A model generated the notes under the pieces. That model was not told the DNA's origin. It saw only the letters and a program-made list of their open reading frames with translations, and did no database searches. Both the position numbers and the translations under genes were made by a program. Below, one piece after another: positions 62,275-64,000 of a DNA stretch of 64,000 nucleotides (position 1 is the stretch's first letter; each line of letters opens with the position of its first letter). This DNA is from Leucoraja erinacea (taxonomy: Eukaryota): positions 29,140,001 through 29,204,000 of the forward strand of contig NC_073387.1 of assembly GCF_028641065.1 (NCBI RefSeq). Reading direction: 5' to 3'.

Positions 62275-63600
62275 CTTTTATTTTGTTTTTTTTTATTTCA
62301 TTTTTATTAGAAGCAGTGTACCAAAGTATAAACCGCAGCATATGAAATAATACATGTATTGTACAGCTTCAATTTTAATTTTTAGCAAAGATGAAATAGA
62401 CAAAGGGAGGAAGAGCAAGAAAGAAAGAAAATGAAAGAGGAAGTGAATGTGTAAGAATAGAACCCCTAAACTACCAAATGAGTGCAGTCGAAGAGTGAGT
62501 AAGTAAAAGAAATAGGAAAAACGTAAAGAAATAAAAAGAAAAAAACGGAAAAAGAAAAAAAAAGTGTTGATATACCTGCTTCATAGAAACATAGAAACAT
62601 AGAAATTAGGTGCAGGAGTAGGCCATTCGGCCCTTCGAGCCTGCACCGCCATTCAATATGATCATGGCTGATCATCCAACTCAGTATCCCGTACCTGCCT
62701 TCTCTCCATACCCTCTGATCCCCTTGGCCACAAGGGCCACCACATCTAACTCCCTCTTAAATATAGCATGAACTGGCCTCAACTACCCTCTGTGGCAGAG
62801 AGTTCCAGAGATTCACCACTCTGTGTGTGAAAAAAGTTCTTCTCATCTCGGTTTTAAAGGATTGCCCCCTTATCCTTAAGCTGTGACCCCTTGTCCTGGA
62901 CTTCCCCAACATCGGGAACAATCTTCCTGCATCTAGCCTGTCCAACCCCTTAAGAATTTTGTAAGTTTCTATAAGATCCCCTCTCAATCTCCTAAATTCT
63001 AAAGAGTATAAACCAAGTCTATCCAGTCTTTCTTCATAAGACAGTCCTGACATCCCAGGAATCAGTCTGGTGAACCTTCTCTGCACTCCATGGCAATAAT
63101 GTCCTTCCTCAGATTTGGAGACCAAAACTGGACGCAATACCTCAGGCGTGGTCACACCAAGACCCTGTACAACTGCAGTAGAACCTCCCTGCTCCTATAC
63201 TCAAATCCTCTTGCTATGAAAGCCAACATACCATTCGCTTTCTTTACTGCCTGCTGCACCTGCATGCTTCATTTCTCTTCCCCACCCATCACCCAGTCCG
63301 TAAATCGGTTTAATTCCAAAGTTTTGCACCATACTATCCTTGTAATGAATCAATGAAAGGAATCCATGTCTTTGTTTGTAATCCACATTTTAAGAGTAGG
63401 GGCAGATGTATTTTTCCAAAATTTAAGTATAAATTTTTTCGCCATTATCAGGCCATAATTAAGGAAACATCTTTGAAATATTGATAGCTCAGGGCAGGCT
63501 TCTGCTGTTCCGAAAATAATCAGTTCCGTATGGGGGTCCAGTTTTGTTTTTAATGCTTTTGAGAAAATTTCAAAGATTCCTTTCCAAAAATTATGTATCT
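62275..63600 (-). mobile_element. L1-clade LINE 3' end, interrupted by a CR1 copy
   Basis: Minus-strand translation of ~63340-63600 gives FWKGIFE..SKALKTKLDPHTELIIFG...LNYGLIMAKKFILKFWK...PTLKMWI (L1 ORF2 C-terminus-like); A-rich tail at 62275-62310. Confidence 0.65.
62585..63264 (-). mobile_element. CR1 LINE 3' portion with (TTCTATGT)n tail
   Basis: VQRRFTRLIPGMSGLSYEERLDRLGLYSLE; TSD TGCTTCAT at 62577-62584 / 63265-63272. Confidence 0.9.
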
Positions 63601-63649
63601 GGGGGATATGGGGAAATGAGCCGCGCCTGCTCAGTTAGGGGCTATGAGT

Positions 63650-64000
63650 AGTAGTAGTAGGCCCCCTCCGGTCATGTCTGACCATGGGTGATGCATCCTA
63701 GTTTGCAGGTGATGTGTGGTCGGATGCAAGCCCGGGCGATGTCATATGGAGGACAGGCTGTTGCGCATGCAGCATGCCCCCTCTCCACGTTGCTGATTGA
63801 TCCAAAGGAACAGCAGGGCCGTTACAGTTTGGCACCAGCGCCGTCGCAGGAGCTGCCAGAGCGAGGTTGTAGACAACGACAAACTGCCTTAGGGGTTCCG
63901 ACTCCGGATTTTCTTGAGGTTTACTCTAGGAGCCTTTTCCATGACTGGATATTGCCACAAGGTAGTGGAGGTTTTAAATCAGTTTTCCCTCTCCTAGATG
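63650..64000. mobile_element. Possible RTE-clade LINE or RTE-derived element, running off the window
   Basis: ggcaccagcgccgtcgcaggag.tgccag...ggtttactc...caagg.ag.ggaggttt...ttttccctctcctagatg resembles RTE 5'-region sequences from memory only. Confidence 0.35.

Overview
Vertebrate genomic DNA. The HE1-like and Deu-domain SINEs, CR1 LINEs and Penelope-like repeats point to a cartilaginous fish (inference). One complete protein-coding gene is present on the + strand: TTC1 (tetratricopeptide repeat protein 1). It has a CpG-rich promoter and non-coding exon 1 near 14.5 kb, and 7 coding exons from 16060 to 55289 that splice into a 951-nt CDS (316 aa). The rest is a dense, nested transposon landscape. 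It contains a full-length degenerate DIRS tyrosine-recombinase retroelement (ITR/ICR termini intact, candidate spliceosomal intron in its leader) and three Penelope-like copies. Many short Penelope-derived repeats carry a minimal hammerhead-ribozyme core, some as discrete ~220-bp palindromic units with their own TSDs. There are two copies of a ~3-kb composite non-autonomous TIR transposon that carries those hammerhead cassettes, two non-autonomous Helitrons, nested MITE-like elements, a solo LTR, and CR1, Rex1, L2 and L1 LINE fragments. Most of the short ORFs in the supplied track are spurious or transposon debris. All family assignments come from motif recognition only; no database search was run.
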